From positions 12,955-76,954 of the forward strand of contig VXYV01000037.1 of the NCBI GenBank assembly GCA_009845835.1: a stretch of 64,000 nt of DNA. Reading direction: 5' to 3'. Shown here one piece after another: positions 20,398-28,978 of the stretch. Made by a program: the position numbers and the translations under genes. The stretch's first letter is position 1, and each line of letters starts with the position of its first letter. The DNA comes from Gammaproteobacteria bacterium. Its GTDB lineage: Bacteria; Pseudomonadota; Gammaproteobacteria; Pseudomonadales; Azotimanducaceae. A model generated the notes under the pieces. It was given only the letters and a program-made list of their open reading frames with translations. It did no database searches and was not told the origin of the DNA.

Positions 20398-21060
20398 TCA
20401 AAATAGCGGTGCGGTTGAGATAGCTAATGAGACTTCGATATCTCGAATAGCATTTACTACACTTTGACCGATCAAATCTAGTTGTCGAATGTCTTCTACT
20501 CGATCCGCGAGTTTGACCAATTCATTTGCCGGTAGTAGGACATTAAGAATGCCGGTCGCATGAGCTAAACAAAGTAGAATGACGTCCCGCGGTGAAGGAA
20601 TCGCATCCGAAAACAATACCTCCATTAGGCGAAGTTTTACTTCGCGTTCTTGTTTCCCATCCAAGATAGGATACTTTCGCGACTTAAACACCCACAGGAT
20701 ACGTGAATCACGACATTCCAGTATCCCTTTTCCGATTAATCCGTCTAGAGCATCTTGACGAATTTCGTCGGATCGATCGGAAAGATACTCAATCCAATAA
20801 CGGATATCGCGAATTTCTTTTTCTGATTCAATCGTATCCAAGATATTATTGGCAAGCGGGTGGTTTAATGGTTCGCGATTGATTACAGTGAGTTGTTTCA
20901 AATCAGTGTCGATTCGACCAGCTTCGGCAAATTCCATCAAAATAGCACCGCTCATCGCATAACGGTTGGTCCAATTTGGTACATGAATGAAAGCCCCACC
21001 TTCGTCGCACAATTGGAGGAGGATAATTTCTTCGGCGATTGTAAGTCTAGAGGATTGCAT
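20398..21060 (-). CDS. GPP34/GOLPH3-family protein
   Basis: 220 aa. The N-terminal LTIAEEIILLQLCDEGG and the all-helical repeat organisation are typical of PF05719. Confidence 0.7.
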   Translation of the reverse strand: MQSSRLTIAEEIILLQLCDEGGAFIHVPNWTNRYAMSGAILMEFAEAGRIDTDLKQLTVINREPLNHPLANNILDTIESEKEIRDIRYWIEYLSDRSDEIRQDALDGLIGKGILECRDSRILWVFKSRKYPILDGKQEREVKLRLMEVLFSDAIPSPRDVILLCLAHATGILNVLLPANELVKLADRVEDIRQLDLIGQSVVNAIRDIEVSLAISTAPLF

Positions 21061-21395
21061 TCTTTATCAAGTAATTCATATGAGGGTACACTTAGGACGG
21101 TGTATGGAATTGTTTAATTTTACAATGAATTAGGTTACACGCAACAATACTTTTCCGGTTAATACACAAAGTTAACGTCACCCTGGTCTCATTATTCGAA
21201 CTTTACTGGCTTCGAACCATTTTTTTCGAGGTTTGTACTAGCGCCGGCGAATATTCGGTCTGGTGGCGATTCGTGATTAAAATTTTATGAAGTGGTAAAG
21301 GAAAACACTTCAAATCTGAAAAAATTGAGTTTAACAGTACGGCGCTACCCGACCAATTTTAAGCTGACGTCAAATGAAATAAATAGGTACTTAGC

Positions 21396-22349
21396 ATGAT
21401 TCTCATCAAATCGAAATCTGACATTCTCTCCTCAGAAATTACACCCGAAGCTATTTATAAATCGCGCAGAAAGTTTATCGGGCAATCGGCGGCTTTAGCT
21501 GCGTTGGGTTGTATGTATCCATCTGTAGCTAGTGCACTACCCACTGGTTGGTTAGATGACCAGGGATATGAACCGGCCGAGCCTACCGACGAAGAAATCA
21601 CACCAGAAAAAACCGCGACCACTTATAACAACTTTTACGAATTTGGTACAAACAAAGGAGACCCATCAAAGCACGCCCATCGACTAACTACGGACCCGTG
21701 GACTGTACAAGTAGGTGGATTGGTTCAGAAGCCTAAAGATTTTGCATTAGAAGACTTATTGAAAGACATTGATCTTGAAGAACGTATTTGTCGACTGCGG
21801 TGTGTCGAAGCTTGGTCAATGGTCATTCCCTGGATTGGTTTTCCAGTCAAGAAGATATTAGACAAAGTCGAACCGCTTGGCGATGCAAAGTACGTCAAGT
21901 TTACGACGGTACTCAGAAAAAATGAAATGCGAGGAACGTTTGCCTCGTCCATTGACTTCCCTTATGTTGAAGGATTACGGTTGGACGAAGCCAACCATCC
22001 GTTAGCAATATTCGCGGTCGGCATGTATGGAAAAATCTTACCGAATCAGAATGGAGCCCCATTCCGTCTCGTCGTACCGTGGAAGTACGGTTTCAAGAGT
22101 ATAAAGTCAATTGTGAAGATTGAGTTGGTGAAGCGAGAGCCAAGAACGACGTGGAACAAGTCGGCGCCACATGAATACGGCTTCTATTCGAATGTCAATC
22201 CACATGTAAACCATCCTCGTTGGTCGCAAGCAACCGAGAGGAGGTTACCTTCAGGACTTATACCACGTAAGATCGAAACCAAGTTATTTAATGGCTATGA
22301 CGAAGTGGCTAGTCTCTATGAGGGAATGGATCTGAAAAAACATTTCTAG
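21396..22349 (+). CDS. msrP: Protein-methionine-sulfoxide reductase, Moco catalytic subunit
   Basis: It has the Tat signal SRRKFIGQSAALAALG and YNNFYEFG. The sulfite-oxidase-fold core is RCVEAWSMVIPWIGF. Confidence 0.92.
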   Translation: MILIKSKSDILSSEITPEAIYKSRRKFIGQSAALAALGCMYPSVASALPTGWLDDQGYEPAEPTDEEITPEKTATTYNNFYEFGTNKGDPSKHAHRLTTDPWTVQVGGLVQKPKDFALEDLLKDIDLEERICRLRCVEAWSMVIPWIGFPVKKILDKVEPLGDAKYVKFTTVLRKNEMRGTFASSIDFPYVEGLRLDEANHPLAIFAVGMYGKILPNQNGAPFRLVVPWKYGFKSIKSIVKIELVKREPRTTWNKSAPHEYGFYSNVNPHVNHPRWSQATERRLPSGLIPRKIETKLFNGYDEVASLYEGMDLKKHF

Positions 22350-22360
22350 CGAAAACATCT

Positions 22361-23029
22361 ATGAAGCAGTCGGCTAGGCGGTCACCTAGATTTCCGTGGT
22401 TAGCAACGCGAACCGCAAAATGGGTTGTTGGATGTTTCCTAGCCCTTCCATTGTTGTTTATTCTCAATGCGGTCGTGATGGAGTTCCGTTTACCAGGGTC
22501 GGGGCTAGGTCCAGATCCGGGACAGGAACTTGTCGAACGATTGGGTGATTGGGCTATTCGAATGCTGTGTTTTACTCTAGCAATTTCTACACTTTCGCGA
22601 CTTCTCAAGGTGCCACTATTGGTACAACATCGAAGAACGTTTGGTCTCTGGGCGTTTACCTATGTCTGTCTACATTTTATCGGTTACGCTGTCACTTTGG
22701 CAGGGTTAGATATCACGACGATATTTGGTGACTTCACAAAACGTCCTTACATTATTTTTGGTTTGATTGCTTTGTCCTTAATGATTCCTATGGCAATCAC
22801 TTCTACTCGTGGTTGGCGACGGAAACTTGGGTTAAATTGGCGTCGACTTCACCGGGTAGTTTATATAATAGCCGTGTGTGCTGTCATTCATCTATGGTTG
22901 CAAGAGCGGGCATCCATACAAGAAACTCTACTCTACGGTTCGATTTTGTCGCTATTATTAATTGAACGCTTAGTCCGTTGGATTACCAAACTTGTACAGC
23001 GGAAAAATTACGCCTCGAGTACCAATTGA
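22361..23029 (+). CDS. msrQ: Protein-methionine-sulfoxide reductase heme-binding subunit
   Basis: 222 aa with six TM helices (ferric-reductase-like) and conserved His residues. It lies immediately after msrP. Confidence 0.9.
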   Translation: MKQSARRSPRFPWLATRTAKWVVGCFLALPLLFILNAVVMEFRLPGSGLGPDPGQELVERLGDWAIRMLCFTLAISTLSRLLKVPLLVQHRRTFGLWAFTYVCLHFIGYAVTLAGLDITTIFGDFTKRPYIIFGLIALSLMIPMAITSTRGWRRKLGLNWRRLHRVVYIIAVCAVIHLWLQERASIQETLLYGSILSLLLIERLVRWITKLVQRKNYASSTN

Positions 23030-23031
23030 GT

Positions 23032-23814
23032 ATGAATTCTTTTTATTCAGTTCGTACAGAATCATCAAACACTTCAATTCGATGTACTGTCCTTCTAGCG
23101 GTATTTTTATTTGTCGTGTGTTGTTCGAGTATCTACCTCTTTGGAACGACTGTAAACCAGGTATTACCTATTCACGACGCTGATACCGAATCTAATTTTG
23201 AACACCTATCGTTATTTGAGCAAGAATTGATCAATGAAGCACTTAGCAATAGTGGTGTGGAACTTAGTTCCAATTGTGAGTCGCAGGTGAATTCGAAAGG
23301 TCGATTAGCAGCGTTTTTTAAGACGCGAAATGTAGAAGATAGTTCTGACGAATTTCAACCTGTCAACTATCGATATCCATACCCATTCAGTGAAGAGCAG
23401 GGTATCGCTAAAACTATTCCTATAGACCTAAACACTGTTTTGAAGAAAGGTAAGCCGAACGAAGGACAAATTACTTATACCGCACACCCTTCAAATCTTC
23501 TATATGAGGGAATGTCCGAGGAAGACAAATTACTTGATCTCGAAGGCTTAAGTGTCGAATTCACGATTGACTTAGACACACGTCTACTGAAATCGATGGA
23601 GTTAAGACTGATAAAGCCAACCAAAGTGTACTTTGGGATAAAGATAAGAGAATTACAAATGGATTATTCATTTGAATACGTGGCTGAAGTCGGAAGCAAT
23701 GTAGTGACATCGTTCTCGCACAAAATGAAAGGCAGGATATGGGTTGTATTCAATCCTTGGTTTGAGGTAACCGAACGATATTCGTACCGCGAGTGCAAGG
23801 AGCAAATCAATTGA
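23032..23814 (+). CDS. Hypothetical secreted/anchored protein
   Basis: ATG 23032 lies 2 nt after the msrQ stop. It has an N-terminal hydrophobic anchor (CTVLLAVFLFVVCCSSIYLF) and no motif I recognise. Confidence 0.6.
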   Translation: MNSFYSVRTESSNTSIRCTVLLAVFLFVVCCSSIYLFGTTVNQVLPIHDADTESNFEHLSLFEQELINEALSNSGVELSSNCESQVNSKGRLAAFFKTRNVEDSSDEFQPVNYRYPYPFSEEQGIAKTIPIDLNTVLKKGKPNEGQITYTAHPSNLLYEGMSEEDKLLDLEGLSVEFTIDLDTRLLKSMELRLIKPTKVYFGIKIRELQMDYSFEYVAEVGSNVVTSFSHKMKGRIWVVFNPWFEVTERYSYRECKEQIN

Positions 23815-24022
23815 ATTTATGAATTGTACGACTAATTTACCAATCCACCAATTTAGGCGACGGTGAATTAACATGCCGATACGTTTCTACTTCAAATAGG
23901 TCAAGTAGGTACGCAAACTTAATTTCAATTTGCTTTGAACGACTAGTTAAAAGATACCTACAATCTAGGCAGGATTCCCTTTTTCCCGTGTACCACACGA
24001 CACACAACGGAGGTGAACACAA

Positions 24023-24370
24023 TTGCACATTCTAAAAGATTTGAAAATCGAAAGTTTAAGTTCAGAATCTAAAGCTATTGATCCAGAGAGAATTCCCGCT
24101 TTGTTAGACAAGATCCCCGGCTGGAAACTCGAAAGTATAAGCGACGGTCAACTAGTTTATCTCATTCGTGAGTATAGAATCAATTCGTATGAACGTGTGT
24201 TAGCATTACATGCGAAAATCGGTGAATTCGCAGAATCCGTCCAACACCATCCCGAAATGATTTCGCAATACTCTAGCTTAACTGTCAAATGGTGGTCACA
24301 TTCCGTTGGTGGTTTACACCTAAATGACTTCATTTGTGCAGCACACTGTGATGAATTTGTTTGCAACTGA
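24023..24370 (+). CDS. phhB: Pterin-4a-carbinolamine dehydratase
   Basis: The full PCD signature E-x3-HHP-x5-Y-x9-H-x8-D is present (AESVQHHPEMISQYSSLTVKWWSHSVGGLHLND). The start is TTG. Confidence 0.88.
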   Translation: MHILKDLKIESLSSESKAIDPERIPALLDKIPGWKLESISDGQLVYLIREYRINSYERVLALHAKIGEFAESVQHHPEMISQYSSLTVKWWSHSVGGLHLNDFICAAHCDEFVCN

Positions 24371-24419
24371 AACATTGGTCTTGATACAATGTACTTTTAT
24401 TCTCAGATTGAGTTAAATA

Positions 24420-24626
24420 GTGCCTAGAAAGATTACGGCGACGGCCGCCTCAATGCGGAAGTCGCGCGAGGAACTTGAGCGAGACTTAAAGGTGTTTTTG
24501 GACTCCGGGCAAAGAATTACTTCGGTGAAAGCCGGCGAAACTGGACAAGACGAAAAAAATCGTAGCAAGCATATTGTGATTACCAGAAAGGTTCAACCTC
24601 CGCGTAAAAAGAAACCAAAGCTTTAA
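24420..24626 (+). CDS. Small basic protein, SutA-like C-terminal module (tentative)
   Basis: 68 aa with a GTG start. REELERDLKVFLDSGQRITSVKAGETG ... PPRKKKPK resembles, from memory, the C-terminal part of Pseudomonas SutA (..AMEEFLSRGGKVQEIEPNV..PPKKP..). Confidence 0.4.
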   Translation: MPRKITATAASMRKSREELERDLKVFLDSGQRITSVKAGETGQDEKNRSKHIVITRKVQPPRKKKPKL

Positions 24627-24729
24627 CAGATTTAATACGCGAATTGATAAAAAATTCGTTTTCGACGGAGAATCTTGAACAAAATTCTAAGTTATTGGAA
24701 GTTTGTAACTTTCACTCACTACTTGTCCC

Positions 24730-25407
24730 ATGAAGGAAGTCTGGCTTCATAAAATCGGCGTCGATGTTTGCCGACTTCGTCGGGAGGACATAAAGATGGT
24801 TTGTCAAGAACCTCAATCGTCAAAACCGACTGAAACGCATACTGCCAATCAACAAACTGAACCTGAAAGGTCCTCCCATACGACTCCAAATACAAAAGGA
24901 CTTAAGGATGACCTATTTTCTCAATCTAAAGGAACTGTTCCAAAGGTTTCGATTAGAAATACAAAGAATCAAACCATAGAAAGTGCAACTAACGTAAAGA
25001 AGAGTTTCCGAATCTGCGTTTATACCACTTCTGAGTTCTCGATCCTTTACGATCATACGTTGAGTTTGAAGAATGAACTCATTCAGGACCTCGCCCAAGT
25101 ACTTCAGTTGTGTAGAACCAACAAACCCAAAGTTCCTAAAGGTGAAACTAGTATTTTCAATTGGCCACCAGAATCAAGTCCTACACTTCCTACGACTGCT
25201 ATCGACGATATTAAATCGGCTGCGCGGGCACTAATGGCGTTTCTGACTGAAAACGCGCGACAATTGCAGACCCTTCTCATAATGGGTGAAACGGCTAATT
25301 CAATTTTGGTTGACAAAGTAGAGAAAGATTTTGATGTTTACCGTGTTCTAGAAATACATTCGCAGAGTGGGTGGAAGAAAAAACTGTGGACCGAATTGCA
25401 ACGTTGA
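24730..25407 (+). CDS. holD: DNA polymerase III psi subunit, long form (probable)
   Basis: The N-terminus MKEVWLHKIGVDVCRLRRED resembles E. coli psi RRDWQLQQLGITQWSLRRPG. The C-terminus KKKLWTELQR resembles ARAALWQQI. The gene sits directly upstream of prfC, and holD is near prfC in E. coli. Confidence 0.55.
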   Translation: MKEVWLHKIGVDVCRLRREDIKMVCQEPQSSKPTETHTANQQTEPERSSHTTPNTKGLKDDLFSQSKGTVPKVSIRNTKNQTIESATNVKKSFRICVYTTSEFSILYDHTLSLKNELIQDLAQVLQLCRTNKPKVPKGETSIFNWPPESSPTLPTTAIDDIKSAARALMAFLTENARQLQTLLIMGETANSILVDKVEKDFDVYRVLEIHSQSGWKKKLWTELQR

Positions 25408-25478
25408 TTCAACGCACTTACTTCTACAAACTTTAGTGCAACACTTTTTGTCGTTTTAACAACGACCTTCCACTGAAT

Positions 25479-27065
25479 ATGAACTCAGAATCTCATACCC
25501 AACGAAAAACGTTTGCAATTATTTCGCATCCCGATGCGGGTAAAACAACCGTAACTGAAAAAATGTTATTGTTGGGCAAAGCAATTCAAATGGCTGGGAC
25601 CGTTAGAGCAAAGAAAAGTAGCCGACAAACCACTTCTGACTGGATGGCCATGGAACGAGAACGTGGTATTTCAGTTACTACTTCAGTGATGCAGTTTCTC
25701 TACAAAGAGACTGTGATTAATCTTTTGGACACCCCTGGGCACGCAGATTTTTCCGAAGATACCTATCGAACACTGACAGCAGTCGACTCAACCATCATGG
25801 TAGTAGATGGCGCGAAAGGAGTTGAACCCAGGACACGAAAACTGATCGAAGTATGTCGTATGCGAGACTCACCTGTCATAACTTTGGTCAATAAATTGGA
25901 CCGAGAATCCTTAGACGCTCTCTCAATGATAGATCACTTAGAAAACGAACTAAATATTGAATGTGTTCCGTTGACCTGGCCTATTGGTTCGGGTCGATCT
26001 TTTCTCGGAATTTACCGGTTCGACCAAGACGAGATTATTCAATTCAAACGGGGACATGGGGCGACTCTTTATGAATATCCCATCATCCAAGGGTTACATT
26101 CAGATGCTGCAAAAGAATTTCTCGGTCTTATGTACGCCGAAGTAGCAGAATCCATTGAATTGGTTAATGAAGCATGTAACACTTTCGACATAGAGGCTTA
26201 CCAAACCGGACAACAGAGTCCAGTATTTTTTGGTAGTGCACTGCAAAACTTTGGTATAACCGAGCTGTTAGACAAGTTTGTCTTGATTGCACCAGGTCCT
26301 CAACCGAGAGAAACAGACAATGGAGTCATAGAGCCTGAAGGTAGTACATTCAGTGGGTTCATTTTCAAAATCCAAGCAAACATGAACCCAAAACATCGAG
26401 ATCGCATCGCTTTCTTAAGAATTTGTTCCGGTATCTATCGAAAGGGGATGAAGATGAAACACGTTCGGCTCGGTAGAGAATTAAAGGTATCGGACGCCGT
26501 CACTTTCATGGCAGGTAGTCGTGCTCAGGTCGAAGAAGCCTACCCTGGAGACATCATTGGATTACACAACCACGGTACGATCAGAATTGGTGATTCCTTC
26601 ACTCAGGGTAGCGATTTGCATTTCCGAGGGATACCAAGTTTTGCACCAGAGCTATTCAGGAAGGTTCGAGTTAAAGATCCCACCCATGCGAAACGACTAA
26701 AAACGGGTATGTTGCAACTATCTGAAGAAGGTGTAACGCAGATATTTAACCCGGTCACGAAACAAGACATGATAGTCGGTGCAATTGGTGTTCTGCAGTT
26801 TGAATTAGTCGTATTTCGTCTACAAGAAGAATATGGTGCAGAATGTATCTTTGAACCGTGCGATATCTTTACCGTACGTTGGGTTAGTTCGGAAGATACA
26901 GAAAAACTAACTCAATTTTCTAATCGAGTAAGGAATCAATTAGCGGTAGATGGTGGTGGGCACCTGACCTTTCTTGCAACTTCAAGACCGAATTTACAAC
27001 TGGTCCAAGAACGCTGGCCAGAGATTCAATTCTCGGCTATGCGAGAACTAGCAACCTCAGAGTAA
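25479..27065 (+). CDS. prfC: Peptide chain release factor 3
   Basis: It contains AIISHPDAGKTTVTEKMLL, DTPGHADF and NKLDR. Length is 528 aa. Confidence 0.96.
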   Translation: MNSESHTQRKTFAIISHPDAGKTTVTEKMLLLGKAIQMAGTVRAKKSSRQTTSDWMAMERERGISVTTSVMQFLYKETVINLLDTPGHADFSEDTYRTLTAVDSTIMVVDGAKGVEPRTRKLIEVCRMRDSPVITLVNKLDRESLDALSMIDHLENELNIECVPLTWPIGSGRSFLGIYRFDQDEIIQFKRGHGATLYEYPIIQGLHSDAAKEFLGLMYAEVAESIELVNEACNTFDIEAYQTGQQSPVFFGSALQNFGITELLDKFVLIAPGPQPRETDNGVIEPEGSTFSGFIFKIQANMNPKHRDRIAFLRICSGIYRKGMKMKHVRLGRELKVSDAVTFMAGSRAQVEEAYPGDIIGLHNHGTIRIGDSFTQGSDLHFRGIPSFAPELFRKVRVKDPTHAKRLKTGMLQLSEEGVTQIFNPVTKQDMIVGAIGVLQFELVVFRLQEEYGAECIFEPCDIFTVRWVSSEDTEKLTQFSNRVRNQLAVDGGGHLTFLATSRPNLQLVQERWPEIQFSAMRELATSE

Positions 27066-27073
27066 CTGACCAT

Positions 27074-28933
27074 TTAGTCACACATGTCCAGATAAGGATT
27101 TTCGAAGTCTAAGTCGACGTGCTTCTGCCATCCGTCGACAATAATTTTCTCTTGTTCGATTTTTATATCTTCTCCATCAAGGACATCTTCTCCAAATTTG
27201 TAGACTGTAGGAATACCTGATCGAGTCGCCTTGTGGTCGTATTCATTAATTTTCTGTACCGTTAATGAGTTTCGTTCCCAGTATTGGGAAATTTCCTCCT
27301 TCCCAAACCGGTTTTCTAGCATCTTTAAAGTCTTTTGTGGGGATAGTAAGATACCGGTCGCATTGTTACCACCAAATCCCTTTGAGTTCACAAATGCAAC
27401 CTCCATCGGATTCTTTGGATCTGTTTCAATATGTTCGGTTGAAATTTTCAAGTTACTGTGGAAAACGTCATCGGCAATGTGATCGATAGTCGTAATCCCA
27501 GGAATCCAACCATCGTTCCAGGTACCTATAGCTGATGCTACTTGATCGCCTGAAGCTGCTGCTAAGGTGTGACCTAAGTAGGACTTTATCGCAGCGACTT
27601 GCCAATCTTGAACTCCAAAAACCTTAGCAACTTCGTTCAGAATATGTGATTCGGTTACTCGATTTTGCGGTGTACCAGTACCGTGAGCGTGGATAAATGA
27701 CCGTTGTTGTATGGATTCACTACCGACGATAGCTTGCGCGAGTGCTACAGCTTGAGCTACAGTGAGATAATTTCCCACGCCCGGACCTGGAATCGACTTT
27801 TTGAAGCCATCGGAATTTACGAATACAGCGGGTACAGAACCGTAAATGGTTGTACCCAGTTCAAGCGCAAGTGATTCTTCCATTAACACTACATAAACCG
27901 AGGCTTCTGCTAATGTGAATCCAGCATTGGTCGAAAAAGGTCGGCAAGAACGACGATGATTCGGTGTGTCTGTCCCATCTAACTGCATCAGATCTTCGTC
28001 AGCCGAGAGTGCCCCCATAATACGGTAACATTCCATCAATTCTGGTGTGATTGGTGCTTCAGCACCACCTGCAATCGCAATACGAGTTCTTCCCCGCATA
28101 ATCGAATCGACAGCTTGCTTCAAGTTATACAGAAAAGTAGCACATGCGCCGATGATTCCAGCTGTCGGTCCAACAGAACCGACAACGTAGGCATTGACAA
28201 AGTCCGCTGGCATTTCAGACAATCCAAACGCGGCTTGTTTAGATGTAGGACGTTTACCGAGAAACGGTGCCTGCAGCACACCGGCAAGCGAGTTTTCGTC
28301 ACACTGTCCCATTGCACTGCCAGCGAATACTGAGATCTCGGTGGGTTTGACGTGAGTTTTTACGGCTTCCCATGGTATTCCCAGAGAATGTAACGCGTCG
28401 GATGCTCCAACCAATGCTAGTTGAAGACCACGAGGATGATTGCGGCTGGGGTATGTTGTACTTGGATCAAAACCCGTAGGTAACCGACCAGCAGATGTGA
28501 CACGCGCAACTTGACGATCCGGAAACAACACTTTTACTGGTCCAGTTAACTCGACTCTCGTCCTAGTCTTTGTTTGTTCAACGATTCGACAATTGTCAGG
28601 TAAGGTGCGTGGGAAATGCCGTGTAGGTATGTCAAACTGAACCTTTTCTTCTTGATTAGGTTGAATCGTCGAACGTCGATGAAATGGAACCCCATTTTTG
28701 CCAATACTCTCTAATTCTCGGACTAAAGTGTGCTTTAGGATGTAGTCACGTGTTGTTTGATCGCGACTCGATGAATCTAAACACATCAACCCCTTTAGAG
28801 AAGCGAATGTTGCGTCTTCTTTGTCAGCAGAAAGTGCCTCGATGACCGTTCTTCGGTAGGCATGATGACATGAAATTCGACCGGCAGGGTTAACTCCTCC
28901 AAGACTAACAATTAAAGGAAGATGCAGTGTCAT
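27074..28933 (-). CDS. fabY: FabY-type beta-ketoacyl-ACP synthase (KAS I/II-domain initiator enzyme)
   Basis: 619 aa. The N-terminus LPLIVSLGGVNPAGRISCHHAYRRTVIEAL resembles P. aeruginosa FabY (PA5174). The active-site Cys is GACATFLY and the His pair is HAHGTGT / GHTLAAA. Confidence 0.8.
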   Translation of the reverse strand: MTLHLPLIVSLGGVNPAGRISCHHAYRRTVIEALSADKEDATFASLKGLMCLDSSSRDQTTRDYILKHTLVRELESIGKNGVPFHRRSTIQPNQEEKVQFDIPTRHFPRTLPDNCRIVEQTKTRTRVELTGPVKVLFPDRQVARVTSAGRLPTGFDPSTTYPSRNHPRGLQLALVGASDALHSLGIPWEAVKTHVKPTEISVFAGSAMGQCDENSLAGVLQAPFLGKRPTSKQAAFGLSEMPADFVNAYVVGSVGPTAGIIGACATFLYNLKQAVDSIMRGRTRIAIAGGAEAPITPELMECYRIMGALSADEDLMQLDGTDTPNHRRSCRPFSTNAGFTLAEASVYVVLMEESLALELGTTIYGSVPAVFVNSDGFKKSIPGPGVGNYLTVAQAVALAQAIVGSESIQQRSFIHAHGTGTPQNRVTESHILNEVAKVFGVQDWQVAAIKSYLGHTLAAASGDQVASAIGTWNDGWIPGITTIDHIADDVFHSNLKISTEHIETDPKNPMEVAFVNSKGFGGNNATGILLSPQKTLKMLENRFGKEEISQYWERNSLTVQKINEYDHKATRSGIPTVYKFGEDVLDGEDIKIEQEKIIVDGWQKHVDLDFENPYLDMCD

Positions 28934-28978
28934 GACAATATCATTGGTTGTTGGTAACTTTACACCGAGAATCTTTTT

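Noticed and set aside
21061-21395. Looked for a Moco riboswitch or other structured leader upstream of msrP
   Set aside because: I could not recognise the conserved Moco-motif elements by eye. Only short TTCGAA palindromes are present. An Infernal scan would be needed before making a claim.
24372-24400. Hairpin ACATTG-N9-CAATGT followed by ACTTTTATT after phhB, and a similar CGAATT-N7-AATTCG-TTTT hairpin at 24640-24662
   Set aside because: The stems are only 6 bp and AT-rich, too weak to call intrinsic terminators with confidence. No convincing GC-rich terminator was seen anywhere in the window.
25452-25468. Inverted repeat GTCGTT-TTAAC-AACGAC just upstream of prfC
   Set aside because: It has a short stem and no T-tract, and it sits in the 5' leader. 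I cannot distinguish it from chance.
25479-27065. Checked prfC for a programmed frameshift like the one in prfB
   Set aside because: It is a single uninterrupted 528-codon ORF with full-length RF3 homology. No frameshift is needed.
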